Positions 9,079-19,272 of a DNA stretch of 64,000 nucleotides are shown here, one piece after another. Location: IMG/VR virus record IMGVR_UViG_3300043436_004687, positions 124,001 through 188,000 of that record. One strand, given 5' to 3'. The notes under the pieces were generated by a model. It was not told the origin of the DNA. It saw only the letters and a list, made by a program, of their open reading frames with translations, and made no database searches. Each line of letters begins with the position of its first letter. Position 1 is the first letter of the stretch. The position numbers and the translations under genes are program-made.

Positions 9079-11331
9079 TTAATATTTACATAAATAATTA
9101 CCATTAGCTTGTAATTCAGGAGTTGTACCAACTGGACAACACTCTTGGAATGGTATTTCTTTGGTGAATTCACCATTTGTATTAATAAAGATTTGATATC
9201 CATTAGAAGATATTTCATGTAATAAGAAATCTTTACACAAATCTGAATTATTAACTTTCCACCTACAAACTGATGCACCATTAGTATCTAATTCACTAGT
9301 ATAACCCAAAGCAATACAACAATCACTATTAAAATTGTAGGTTGTTGATTCATCATTTAAAGTAAATAAAACTAAACCACTATCCATCAATTCAATTGAT
9401 TTATAATTACAAGTTAAATTAATTGGTTTTGGTGAAAAATTTATTTTTAAAACCCCCTTACAACTTTCAATAATGCAACCACACTCATCATATAATGGTG
9501 TTTTATCGTACTCTACAATACTACTACTTACAATTGGGCAATTGTTAGTGGTTAAAATAGTTTGTTGCACTATAGGTGAATTATCATTCAAATCACAAAA
9601 AGTACCTAATTGATTATTTAAGAATAAATTAGTTTTCTTAAATAAAATATCTTCATTTATTAGGGTAGTTGCTGAAAAAGATGGTATTAAACAATTAAAT
9701 TGATTAATATATTCATTACCATAATCATATGGCCCTAAATGAGGGTTATTACCAGTTAATATATCTAATTTTGAGTTGACCCCACCAGTTTCTCTAATCC
9801 ACAACCCACCTTTCTGAAAATAAAGATCTGGATTGTTAGGGTTTATTCTTGGGAAACCATCGTCATCGACATTTATAGACTCATCTAAAACTAAATTTAA
9901 GTTTTCCAACAACCTATTAAATAAATTAATATCTAATTTATTTTTAGCGACATATATAAATTCATTAAACTCAACTAAACCATTAGGAAAACCAAATAAT
10001 TTTAAGATAAATTCAATTGATTTTCTATTACCTTTAGATTTCCAAATCCAAGGTGTATTAATTATTAATTTTTTATAAAATTCTATATTATTTTCACTAT
10101 TATCAATAAATGGTAAATTATTCCAACCTAATAAATGGGCTAAACTTTTTAATTCTCTATCAACAACATTATCATTACCATCATAAGTAACAGTATAAAC
10201 ATTTGAAATACCATCAATAAAACTTTTGATTGAATCTAATTGCCTACCGTAAATATTTAATACTTTATTTATTTTTAAATCTAGCGTATCAAATTCTAAA
10301 ATTGAATTTGATACTAACAATCTACTTATAATATTAGATTTAGTATCATCAGAATTTTCAGAAATTGTAATTAATTTATTTACAAAATCAATATAATAAT
10401 CTGAATTAAAATCAATATTGTACCCGTCACTTATAGGCCAAATTATTTCAATTGTAGATTTGATAAGATTCCCCTCTTCAGTTTCAACGAAATAGTCAAA
10501 TTCAGATTTAAATTTAGGTGTTGTTTTATTGTTTAATAAATAGCTTTCAAAAACACTTAATTTTTTAAAAAAATTATCAACATTTACACTATTTGGTTTA
10601 ATATGATAAACGGTTGTATTAGTTAAACCAGAAAAAGGTTGACCACTTACTTTAAGATTAACATACCCATTAACTTCACCTATAAAATCTATTATCTGAT
10701 ATTCAATACCATCAACTGATAAAACATAATTAGAAAAGTTTTTATTTAAATTTCTAAGATCATTTAAAGGGTTTTTATTATTTAATGAACTCCCATTTAA
10801 ATAACTAATATCTAAGTTAAAATTATTATTAATAACGTTAACATTTATCGAGAATGTTGATTCACCTTTCAATTCATTAACCACATAATTATGAAAAGTA
10901 ATACCATTAAAACGTGGATTGTTTGGGTCTATCGGACTAATGAATAGTGATGCTGGCCAATTAATAATTATGTTTTCCAAACTAACCCTAACAAACTCTT
11001 TTAAAGAACCAAAATAAGCGTAATTTTTTAACTCTTTCTTATTAAAATTAATTTTTACTTCTTCTAATTCTTTTAAAATATTAGAAGCAATTGTTTTAGT
11101 TAGTTTTAAATCATCTAAAGAAGTTAAATTACCAAAAGAATTAGTTGAAAAAAATTTATCTTCTTTAGGTTCTAAATTCGTTGTAATATTAAAGTTACCA
11201 GAAGTAAATAATGGGGAATCATTATTATTTTGAAATTGATTCCCCACCAAACCACTCGAAAAAGGTCTATATTCAATACCATCAACGTATTGAATTTTCT
11301 TAGAATAACCAGCAACTTTAATTTTATTCAT
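9079..11331 (-). CDS. putative baseplate protein (P2 gpI / wedge-like segment) with Cys-rich C-terminus
   Basis: LAHLLGW...IWKSKGNRKSIEFILKLFG resembles the KGT..I...L..FG wedge motif. Confidence 0.55.
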   Translation of the reverse strand: MNKIKVAGYSKKIQYVDGIEYRPFSSGLVGNQFQNNNDSPLFTSGNFNITTNLEPKEDKFFSTNSFGNLTSLDDLKLTKTIASNILKELEEVKINFNKKELKNYAYFGSLKEFVRVSLENIIINWPASLFISPIDPNNPRFNGITFHNYVVNELKGESTFSINVNVINNNFNLDISYLNGSSLNNKNPLNDLRNLNKNFSNYVLSVDGIEYQIIDFIGEVNGYVNLKVSGQPFSGLTNTTVYHIKPNSVNVDNFFKKLSVFESYLLNNKTTPKFKSEFDYFVETEEGNLIKSTIEIIWPISDGYNIDFNSDYYIDFVNKLITISENSDDTKSNIISRLLVSNSILEFDTLDLKINKVLNIYGRQLDSIKSFIDGISNVYTVTYDGNDNVVDRELKSLAHLLGWNNLPFIDNSENNIEFYKKLIINTPWIWKSKGNRKSIEFILKLFGFPNGLVEFNEFIYVAKNKLDINLFNRLLENLNLVLDESINVDDDGFPRINPNNPDLYFQKGGLWIRETGGVNSKLDILTGNNPHLGPYDYGNEYINQFNCLIPSFSATTLINEDILFKKTNLFLNNQLGTFCDLNDNSPIVQQTILTTNNCPIVSSSIVEYDKTPLYDECGCIIESCKGVLKINFSPKPINLTCNYKSIELMDSGLVLFTLNDESTTYNFNSDCCIALGYTSELDTNGASVCRWKVNNSDLCKDFLLHEISSNGYQIFINTNGEFTKEIPFQECCPVGTTPELQANGNYLCKY

Positions 11332-12233
11332 TATATATTAACTACCTCATTTAAATTTTTTGTAAAATCAATCGTATCTCTCTCTTGTTTAACCTCAAAT
11401 AATGGTTTACCAGTAAATTCATCCATAATTTCAAATAAATTATATTGTTTGTAAATTTCACCATTTTTATTATATTGTGTATAAATACCATCTTCTAAAG
11501 ATTTAGTTTGATTACCAAATAAACCAATTGCTAAAGTATCTATATCATGCTCAACCATCTCTATTTCTAACATTATAGGATTGAAAAAAGTGTTAGTAAT
11601 AATTACATTTTGATCAGCCTCCCCAATATAAGGTAATACATTTGGTTTTACACTTGAACTAGAACTCGGAGTAACTGTAACAAAAACTAACGTTGAATTA
11701 TCATTGAACCTATATCTAATAGCTTTTTGACTAGTATTTGTTAAATTTTGATTTAGTGGCTCAGCTTTATTATTTGAAGTAATAATTCTAAAAAAATTAT
11801 TTATTTTAACATCACCCACATTTGTTTTATTAAGATATTCAATTCTATAACCAATTAACCCATTGTTTTGAAATTTAGATAAAAACTTAGGATCAATTGT
11901 AGATGAATCAAAAACCAAACCCTTAATATTAGTTAAAGACGATAAAACACCAGTATCAACTATCTTAGTTCTTATTTCAATCGGTTTAATCATAATAGAA
12001 TAAAACCCCTTAACACCAAATAAATTAGTTGGAAGTTTTAATGTATACATACCACCAAAAATCTCAATATTATTTGGATTATTGGGATTGTTCATTTTAA
12101 TTAATACCTCATTAGTATTTAACTTAGTTAAAGTTGTATCACCTATCTCATTCCTAGATGGTGTGAAATGTAAAAAGACTTCAATATCATCTAATGAAAC
12201 ATCCGCAGGTCTAATTATTCCGTAATTCCCCAT
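11331..12233 (-). CDS. putative structural protein
   Basis: 300-aa ORF, stop/start coupled in operon. Confidence 0.55.
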   Translation of the reverse strand: MGNYGIIRPADVSLDDIEVFLHFTPSRNEIGDTTLTKLNTNEVLIKMNNPNNPNNIEIFGGMYTLKLPTNLFGVKGFYSIMIKPIEIRTKIVDTGVLSSLTNIKGLVFDSSTIDPKFLSKFQNNGLIGYRIEYLNKTNVGDVKINNFFRIITSNNKAEPLNQNLTNTSQKAIRYRFNDNSTLVFVTVTPSSSSSVKPNVLPYIGEADQNVIITNTFFNPIMLEIEMVEHDIDTLAIGLFGNQTKSLEDGIYTQYNKNGEIYKQYNLFEIMDEFTGKPLFEVKQERDTIDFTKNLNEVVNI

Positions 12234-12248
12234 TATATTATTTTATTT

Positions 12249-13001
12249 TTAAGCATTATTCATTATATTATAAAATCCATTCCCATATCTAACCAAATGA
12301 TCTAAACTTTCTATTTCAGATAATTTAAAATGATTCTCAAAGACACTAATATTACCTCTATCTATAAATATAGAATTATCTATTTCTGGTGGACTTATTA
12401 TACCCATTAAATAATCTTCTTTTATTATAGCAGATAAACTGGTATTAGTATCATTCCAACCCTCAGAATTAAATTTTAATTTAGTACTACCATCTATTAA
12501 ATTAGTTAAACTTTCTTGATACAATAACCCACTATTTTGATTATTAGTACCTATAAGTGAATCATTATTGGTATCATAAACATATGTTATCGAATCACCA
12601 GATATATTTGTTACCCTGGAAACACCATTAATAGTCGTACCACTAAAATTAGTATAAGTGTTTGTTTCAACATCAAAATTAACAATATAAGGATTAATTG
12701 GGGAGTATGTTCTTAAATATTCTAATTTACTATCCGTAAAACCACTCAATTTACCTGAATTATAAAACCAATTATCATTAACCGTACCAGATAACCTTAG
12801 TTGTTTTTCCTCTTGACTTAAATTTTGTGTTATTAAATTAGTTGGTGTGAATGAATAGTCAGTGAAAACACCCATATCATCTATATTCTGTTTCAATGGT
12901 ACTTTAAAATAAAAATAAGGTACTTTTAAAGTACCAAAATTAATTTCATTTTCTCTAGAAGTAGCTTCCTCTAAAGAAACTTTTCTTTTAATAATTTCCA
13001 T
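12249..13001 (-). CDS. putative structural protein
   Basis: 250-aa ORF in operon. Confidence 0.55.
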   Translation of the reverse strand: MEIIKRKVSLEEATSRENEINFGTLKVPYFYFKVPLKQNIDDMGVFTDYSFTPTNLITQNLSQEEKQLRLSGTVNDNWFYNSGKLSGFTDSKLEYLRTYSPINPYIVNFDVETNTYTNFSGTTINGVSRVTNISGDSITYVYDTNNDSLIGTNNQNSGLLYQESLTNLIDGSTKLKFNSEGWNDTNTSLSAIIKEDYLMGIISPPEIDNSIFIDRGNISVFENHFKLSEIESLDHLVRYGNGFYNIMNNA

Positions 13002-13003
13002 AG

Positions 13004-13855
13004 TTAGATAACATTTAATTCAAATAATTTAATTTTAACACCACCATCTATGGTCCCACCAATACCATTACCATCTTCATCAACATCCGAAGTGTATAAA
13101 ACATTGGTAGAATAATTATTATCTACCTCATAGAAAAACCCCGTTTGATTTCTAATTAGTTTATATTTGGTATACAAAAAATTTTTTAAATTATCTATAG
13201 TTTGAGGTTGATTAGTAGTAACGAAATTAGTTATTTTCCCAGTTTTAGCATTATTAAATTGTGCTTGCATAAAAATATCGTTTACATTATCTTTAAAATG
13301 ATATAAGTAAAAACCCTCAGCAAAACCTTCTGGGTTAGTCTCTGGATTATTTAAAATAAATTTTAATGGAAATATAGAAACATCTAATGGTAAACCATAA
13401 TTTATATTACCAAATTGGTATATGTTATTTTTGTTTAATTTACAAAATATAGTTATAAAAAACAACAATTTTTGATTTGTTGGGGAATCACTATCAAAAA
13501 AATTTAACCTCAAAAAAGATTCTTTAAAATTACTCTTTCTAAACTTAACATCATCATTTACAAACCCAATGTCAGATAAAAAGGTATTATTAAGCATGTT
13601 ACCATTACTATTTAAAAAATTTAAATCATATACAATATTATTTAAATTTATACCAAGATTATTTATCAATGAATATCTAACTTTTTCATAATCAATAATC
13701 GGATTAATTGCTTTTTCCATTTCTTTAGAAACGAAATTATTGTTAATAATTTCTTCTTTATCAACATAATCGAAAGTCATATTTAACGGAATATAAAGTG
13801 TTGCACCACTAATGGCAGCATCATTTAAATTTATTTTATAGTTATTAACAAGCAT
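13004..13855 (-). CDS. putative structural protein
   Basis: 283-aa ORF in operon. Confidence 0.55.
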   Translation of the reverse strand: MLVNNYKINLNDAAISGATLYIPLNMTFDYVDKEEIINNNFVSKEMEKAINPIIDYEKVRYSLINNLGINLNNIVYDLNFLNSNGNMLNNTFLSDIGFVNDDVKFRKSNFKESFLRLNFFDSDSPTNQKLLFFITIFCKLNKNNIYQFGNINYGLPLDVSIFPLKFILNNPETNPEGFAEGFYLYHFKDNVNDIFMQAQFNNAKTGKITNFVTTNQPQTIDNLKNFLYTKYKLIRNQTGFFYEVDNNYSTNVLYTSDVDEDGNGIGGTIDGGVKIKLFELNVI

Positions 13856-15500
13856 CGTTTACCGTTTTAGTTACTAAATTATCTTCTAATGTGTCAGCTA
13901 TTTTATCACTTGGAAAATCACCATAGAATAATCCATTAATACCCCTAGGATCTTGTCTTCTTAAATTCAATATTATATTCTCGTGAACATAATGACAACC
14001 ATTTAAAAAGGGTAAGTTTATTGTTGATTGGTTGATATCTATAATATCACGCCATAATAACCTACCATCTAACAAATCCACAGCATAATCAGGAACATTT
14101 AAAACACTTAAATCCCCTTGCTCTATATAATTAGAGAATTCTCTAATTTTAACTCTAAAATTTGGTTTGTAAGTATAACCTTCATGTCTAACACCCATAT
14201 TGATAACTGAATTATTAATAGGATCAACTAAAACACCACCAGTTTCTCTATTTATCGTATTAAACCTATGATATGATTCCGATAAAACAAATTCAACCAA
14301 TTCATAATCATTATATTCTATTATATCACCAAAAAAATCATTATTTGTTATTAAAACATTACTCTCAATTTCATTATTACTACTAATAGAGTTATTAGTA
14401 ACTAAATCAATATCAGGTATATTAGAATTAATTATATTACTATAAAAAGGTATATAAATACCACTTTTAATATTGGAAAAACCATTATTGGGTTTTTTCA
14501 TGAAAGTAATAAAGAATTCACTAATAGGTCTATTAAAATTATCAACTAAATTACTAACATCAATATCTTCGTTGACTATTAATTGTGAAATTTTATCATT
14601 ATATATATTTTGTGAAAAAGCTAAATTGTAAATTAGATAATCATCATTTTCTATTTCAGAATTTAAAGTTGTTTTTATTTTTTTAAACCATCGATAATAA
14701 TAATTAGATTCCTTACCGTTAATAATTTTTTTAACCCTACAATTGTTTATATTAAACAATGTTGAATCCAAATCAATTGAAAAATAATAATCTTTATAAT
14801 CACCATTATCTAAACCAAGATTTATTACATCATATTCACCATTATAAATGTTTGGTGATAGGCCAGATAACACTACTTTATCACCTTGGTTTAAATTATG
14901 TTTTATTGGTAAACCTAGGCAACTCATGTTTCTACCACTTATAGAAATATCTTTTTTATCAAAAACAAATAGACCATTATCAACTAAGAAACCATTTCTA
15001 TTTTCATAGGGATAAGTTATTGTAAAATCCCAATTTTTTATATTATTTTTAGGTGTTAGTGAAAATAATTCCCTATTAGGTTCCATATCGGTAAATACAC
15101 ACATATTAGGTGAAAATAACTCTGGATTTGTAAAACCATACCAACCATCGACACATTTTAAATTATTTCTAATTGAATTACTATAACTTAAATCACCATT
15201 ATTTAAATCAACACCATTTTTAGGGTAAGATTTATCTCTAAAATTATTATCCATAAAACTAGACAAACTATTTGGACCAGTTGTATTAAATAATACATTA
15301 GTGAACAGAGAATTAATAGTAAGACCTATTCTATATTTAGTTGAAGAATTTTGTTCTAAATTAAATTGATCACCCACATTTAAAACTTTATTCAAATCAT
15401 TGTTTGGTAAAATTCTATTGATATTATTCAAATTGATTTTAAAACTAGAGTCTTTTAAAACGTCATTTTTTGATTTATTATTTAATAAAATTTTATTCAT
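13845..15500 (-). CDS. putative structural protein
   Basis: 551-aa ORF, overlapping neighbours in operon. Confidence 0.55.
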   Translation of the reverse strand: MNKILLNNKSKNDVLKDSSFKINLNNINRILPNNDLNKVLNVGDQFNLEQNSSTKYRIGLTINSLFTNVLFNTTGPNSLSSFMDNNFRDKSYPKNGVDLNNGDLSYSNSIRNNLKCVDGWYGFTNPELFSPNMCVFTDMEPNRELFSLTPKNNIKNWDFTITYPYENRNGFLVDNGLFVFDKKDISISGRNMSCLGLPIKHNLNQGDKVVLSGLSPNIYNGEYDVINLGLDNGDYKDYYFSIDLDSTLFNINNCRVKKIINGKESNYYYRWFKKIKTTLNSEIENDDYLIYNLAFSQNIYNDKISQLIVNEDIDVSNLVDNFNRPISEFFITFMKKPNNGFSNIKSGIYIPFYSNIINSNIPDIDLVTNNSISSNNEIESNVLITNNDFFGDIIEYNDYELVEFVLSESYHRFNTINRETGGVLVDPINNSVINMGVRHEGYTYKPNFRVKIREFSNYIEQGDLSVLNVPDYAVDLLDGRLLWRDIIDINQSTINLPFLNGCHYVHENIILNLRRQDPRGINGLFYGDFPSDKIADTLEDNLVTKTVNDAC

Positions 15501-18500
15501 TATAAATCATTTTGAGTTATTGTTATTATATTAGACGTACAAACATTATCACGCTCAATAACAAATAATTTATCATCTAAAACAAAATTAGGATAATCAA
15601 ATAATAAGAAACCGCTATTAGGTGCAACTACAGTACCTATAATTGTAGTATCAACATTTTTAAAGAAATCATAAGTTAAACCTGGTACATAATTGGTGAT
15701 TCGAACTCTAAATGGGAAACCACTAATATTAGTTGGATCTGGAAACACTCTACTTAATATCAAATTAATTTGTTCTGGGATAACTATAGTACCGTTTATT
15801 AAAACGTTTTGACCTACGGAATCAGTAACACTAACAGAATAATTACCATTGGGAACTGCAAATTGATTTAAATTTGTTGAACTATAATTTATTGTTTGAC
15901 CAGAACTATTCACCAAATTAATTCCATTGGTAATTACGGAATAAGGTACGATACCACCACTAACGGTAGTCTTTATTGAACTAGAATTAGGATCATCACA
16001 ATCAGAGTTAGTGAATGTTGTAGTTACTGATAAAGGGGTGGGGTCCAATATATCAATAGTGTATGTGGTACTCAATTGTGGAGTACTAGTATCAGTTATA
16101 GTTAAAACATAAGAACCAGAAATTAAATTATTAAATTGATAAATTAAAGTTGGGTTTACAATATTGAAAATACCACTAGGACCACTCAAAATCATAGTAT
16201 AATCATTATTACCACCGAATATACTATTAATAAACAATTTACCATCATTATTTCCAACTCCAGAAGTAGTTCTTATAGTAAATTCACAATTTATTGGTTG
16301 TGGTTGATTTACCCTAAATGTTCTTTTATTTATAGATCCGTTGAAATCCGTGACTATTACCGTGTATTCCCCAAATGTTAAATTGTTTATATCTTCTGTG
16401 ATTTGGTTATTACTCCAGAGATAGGTGTAAGGTCCAACACCACCCACAATAGAAATATTAATAGAACCATTATTACCTCCAATACTTGTTACATTAGAAA
16501 CTACACCATTAATAATAAAATCTGGTTTTTCCACTCTATCACAAGTTGTGAAATATTTTCTATTCATTTTATCAATAGCTGAATTATTAGGCGATGTTCC
16601 AAAATAAAAATAAAATGAATTACCTTTAAATTGGTCAACATTTCTATTTAATGAATTTCTATAATTATTATAATGTAAACCATTAAAACCACTATTTAAA
16701 GGAAATGCAGATGGTAAAATAGAATTTGAATTTAAATAAATTAAAGCATCTCTAATAAATTGATTCTCAATGTCTTCATTAGAAATTACACCATCATTAA
16801 CGGTCCCATTTAAAAAGACACTCCTATCTTCGTCCAAACCAACACCTATTTCACATAATCTTTTTATATTTTCAATTTGGGTTGAGTTAGATGTTAAATC
16901 AACACAAGTTAAATTGAACAATAAACCATTATTTGGTTTACCATCATTTGCCATTTCAGTCACACCATTTTCCTCACCCTCGAATTTTGGTGGTAATTGA
17001 TAAGTAGTAGGGATTAAAAATTTATGTATTGATGGTTTAGATTGCCAATCACAATCAAAAACACTACCTAAATTTAAAATATCCGTTGCAAATAATAAAT
17101 ACTCTTGGTCTTTATCAAATGGGCTATAGAATAACTCACCATTATACTTTTTTACTAAACCATGAGATATTTTAGCACTTGTATTTGATTTTAAACTACC
17201 ACTAGTTAAAGTATCAACAATAAAAATATCTTCATTATTATCCACATCACAAAATTTCTCAACATTTTCCTTTTTTTTATATTTTAATAAGAAAGAAAAT
17301 AAAGTACCATTAATCCAATCATTATAAAAATCAAATTCATAGATATTTAAAGATTCTGCTAAACTTAATTTATAACACTCATGCAAATCTTCTGATGAAG
17401 TATTCACACCGTTGTTAGCAGCATTCCCATAACAACCTGGAGCAAAAGAATAACCATCGCAAGACAAAGTAATACATCTTAATGATTTAAACGGTCTAAT
17501 ACCTAAAAATTTTATATTATGTAAGAAACTTAAAATCCCATTTAAAACAGATAAGATAAAAATTATAATACCAATTATAATACAAATAATTAAAAAAATA
17601 GGATTGAAATCACCATCTAACCTATTAAATGGAAATGGATTTTTAAGACCAACACAATTATCAACATCTTTAATACCAATCATTCTTCTATTATCAGAAC
17701 AATTAGAATTACAAGAATTTTGTATTCTAGTGATATGGTTTCTAACAGTATAAATTTTATTCCAATAAAAATCTCTAAAATGATTATCACTAGTTTCCTC
17801 ACCAAAAGAAAAATCTTGATCTAACGAATTAATTGGGTTATGAGGAACTAAATATTTAGCATGAGTTCTTAATCTACCCTCACCACCAGAATCATCAACA
17901 CTAATTTTAAATCTACTTCTACATCTAGTTGGAATACCTTTACTAGGATCATCAGATGGTACTAAATTACCCAACTCATCTGTAACCAAATAATCTAAAT
18001 TCATAGGTAAAGAATATGCCCAAGTACCATCCTCATCTATTAACCTACCACCATCTATATCAAAATTTTCGGTTTGTCCATCTAAAGTTTTTCTAATCAT
18101 GTTAATGGTACCTTCATTGGAAATGGTCTCACAAATTCTCCCTAAATCCTTTCTAGGGATACAATTCTTATTAACGCTATTTTTATCGTTGTCTCCAAAT
18201 ATACTACCAATAAAAATAGCAGTTGGTTCTATGTTGAAATTTAAATCAACATCGACCCTTGAGATACCGATTTCATTGTTTAAATTCTCACCCCAAAAAG
18301 GTATTACATTAACGCCTATTTCTTGATGTTTTATTTGAGTTAAGTAATTAAGATTTTTATCTACTTTAAATTTAGTTGAAGAGGCAAATTGTTTAGCTGA
18401 AGAACCCTGGTCGATAAAATTATAAGGTCTTTGAGAAAATATACCCACATCAGATAAATCAACATCTACATTTAACAAATGATTACCAACGGGCACACCA

Positions 18501-18958
18501 AATAACATAAAATCACCAGATTTATTTGTTGTGGTGGTGAATTTATAATAATTTTTAAATACTTCCAATAAATTATTATTATCTAATAATTTATTTTTAT
18601 TAGGGAATGTACCAACAGGTGAATGACAATCATTTTGGTAATCTTCTGTTAATAAATTATACCTAATACCAGTCTCTGGAATATCTTTTATATTGGAGAA
18701 AGGATATAATTTTTTGTCTATATTTAAATTAGAATCATATGGAATAAAAACAGAAACCTTACAATTTGGTAACCCTAAACCAGAATTACAATAAACTCTA
18801 CCCACAATCACACCGTAATCAGAATTATATTGTTTATAAACTTCTTCTTGAGTTAATTTCATAGATAATACTTCCAAAAAATCAAAATCTTGTTCTAAAT
18901 TTAATTTTAGGAATTTATCTTTACCAATTTCCGTTTTTAACCTTATTGTTTTATCCAT
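15500..18958 (-). CDS. large structural protein with central hydrophobic helix and C-terminal SprB-like repeats (start revised to MDKTIR)
   Basis: IVGGVGPYTYLWSNNQITEDINNLTFGEYTVIVTDFNG plus two further degenerate repeats; hydrophobic PIFLIICIIIGIIIFILSVL; ATG at 18958 overlaps the end of the upstream gene. Confidence 0.6.
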   Translation of the reverse strand: MDKTIRLKTEIGKDKFLKLNLEQDFDFLEVLSMKLTQEEVYKQYNSDYGVIVGRVYCNSGLGLPNCKVSVFIPYDSNLNIDKKLYPFSNIKDIPETGIRYNLLTEDYQNDCHSPVGTFPNKNKLLDNNNLLEVFKNYYKFTTTTNKSGDFMLFGVPVGNHLLNVDVDLSDVGIFSQRPYNFIDQGSSAKQFASSTKFKVDKNLNYLTQIKHQEIGVNVIPFWGENLNNEIGISRVDVDLNFNIEPTAIFIGSIFGDNDKNSVNKNCIPRKDLGRICETISNEGTINMIRKTLDGQTENFDIDGGRLIDEDGTWAYSLPMNLDYLVTDELGNLVPSDDPSKGIPTRCRSRFKISVDDSGGEGRLRTHAKYLVPHNPINSLDQDFSFGEETSDNHFRDFYWNKIYTVRNHITRIQNSCNSNCSDNRRMIGIKDVDNCVGLKNPFPFNRLDGDFNPIFLIICIIIGIIIFILSVLNGILSFLHNIKFLGIRPFKSLRCITLSCDGYSFAPGCYGNAANNGVNTSSEDLHECYKLSLAESLNIYEFDFYNDWINGTLFSFLLKYKKKENVEKFCDVDNNEDIFIVDTLTSGSLKSNTSAKISHGLVKKYNGELFYSPFDKDQEYLLFATDILNLGSVFDCDWQSKPSIHKFLIPTTYQLPPKFEGEENGVTEMANDGKPNNGLLFNLTCVDLTSNSTQIENIKRLCEIGVGLDEDRSVFLNGTVNDGVISNEDIENQFIRDALIYLNSNSILPSAFPLNSGFNGLHYNNYRNSLNRNVDQFKGNSFYFYFGTSPNNSAIDKMNRKYFTTCDRVEKPDFIINGVVSNVTSIGGNNGSINISIVGGVGPYTYLWSNNQITEDINNLTFGEYTVIVTDFNGSINKRTFRVNQPQPINCEFTIRTTSGVGNNDGKLFINSIFGGNNDYTMILSGPSGIFNIVNPTLIYQFNNLISGSYVLTITDTSTPQLSTTYTIDILDPTPLSVTTTFTNSDCDDPNSSSIKTTVSGGIVPYSVITNGINLVNSSGQTINYSSTNLNQFAVPNGNYSVSVTDSVGQNVLINGTIVIPEQINLILSRVFPDPTNISGFPFRVRITNYVPGLTYDFFKNVDTTIIGTVVAPNSGFLLFDYPNFVLDDKLFVIERDNVCTSNIITITQNDL

Positions 18959-19271
18959 TTTTACCAACTTCTTCAACATCCATTAATTCAAACTCACTAT
19001 CACTTAGTTCAAATTCAGTCTCCTCTTCTTTCTTATCTTTATTATAAATCAAATCACTAATAAATGTTAATGAAGGTATTAAATTAGTATCTTTGTTCAA
19101 CACTATTGTATTAAACAATAAATAGATACCACCCAGAAAGATAATTGGTATTATTAGTGATAATAAACCGATAGAAAAAATAAAAAATATTAAATTAACA
19201 ATAATACTTCTATTTATTTTAACACCACTATAATCAACATTATTTTTATTTTTACAAGAATTACAACCCAT
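18951..19271 (-). CDS. small membrane protein
   Basis: MGCNSCK N-terminus, long hydrophobic stretch, acidic tail. Confidence 0.6.
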   Translation of the reverse strand: MGCNSCKNKNNVDYSGVKINRSIIVNLIFFIFSIGLLSLIIPIIFLGGIYLLFNTIVLNKDTNLIPSLTFISDLIYNKDKKEEETEFELSDSEFELMDVEEVGKNG

Positions 19272-19272
19272 A

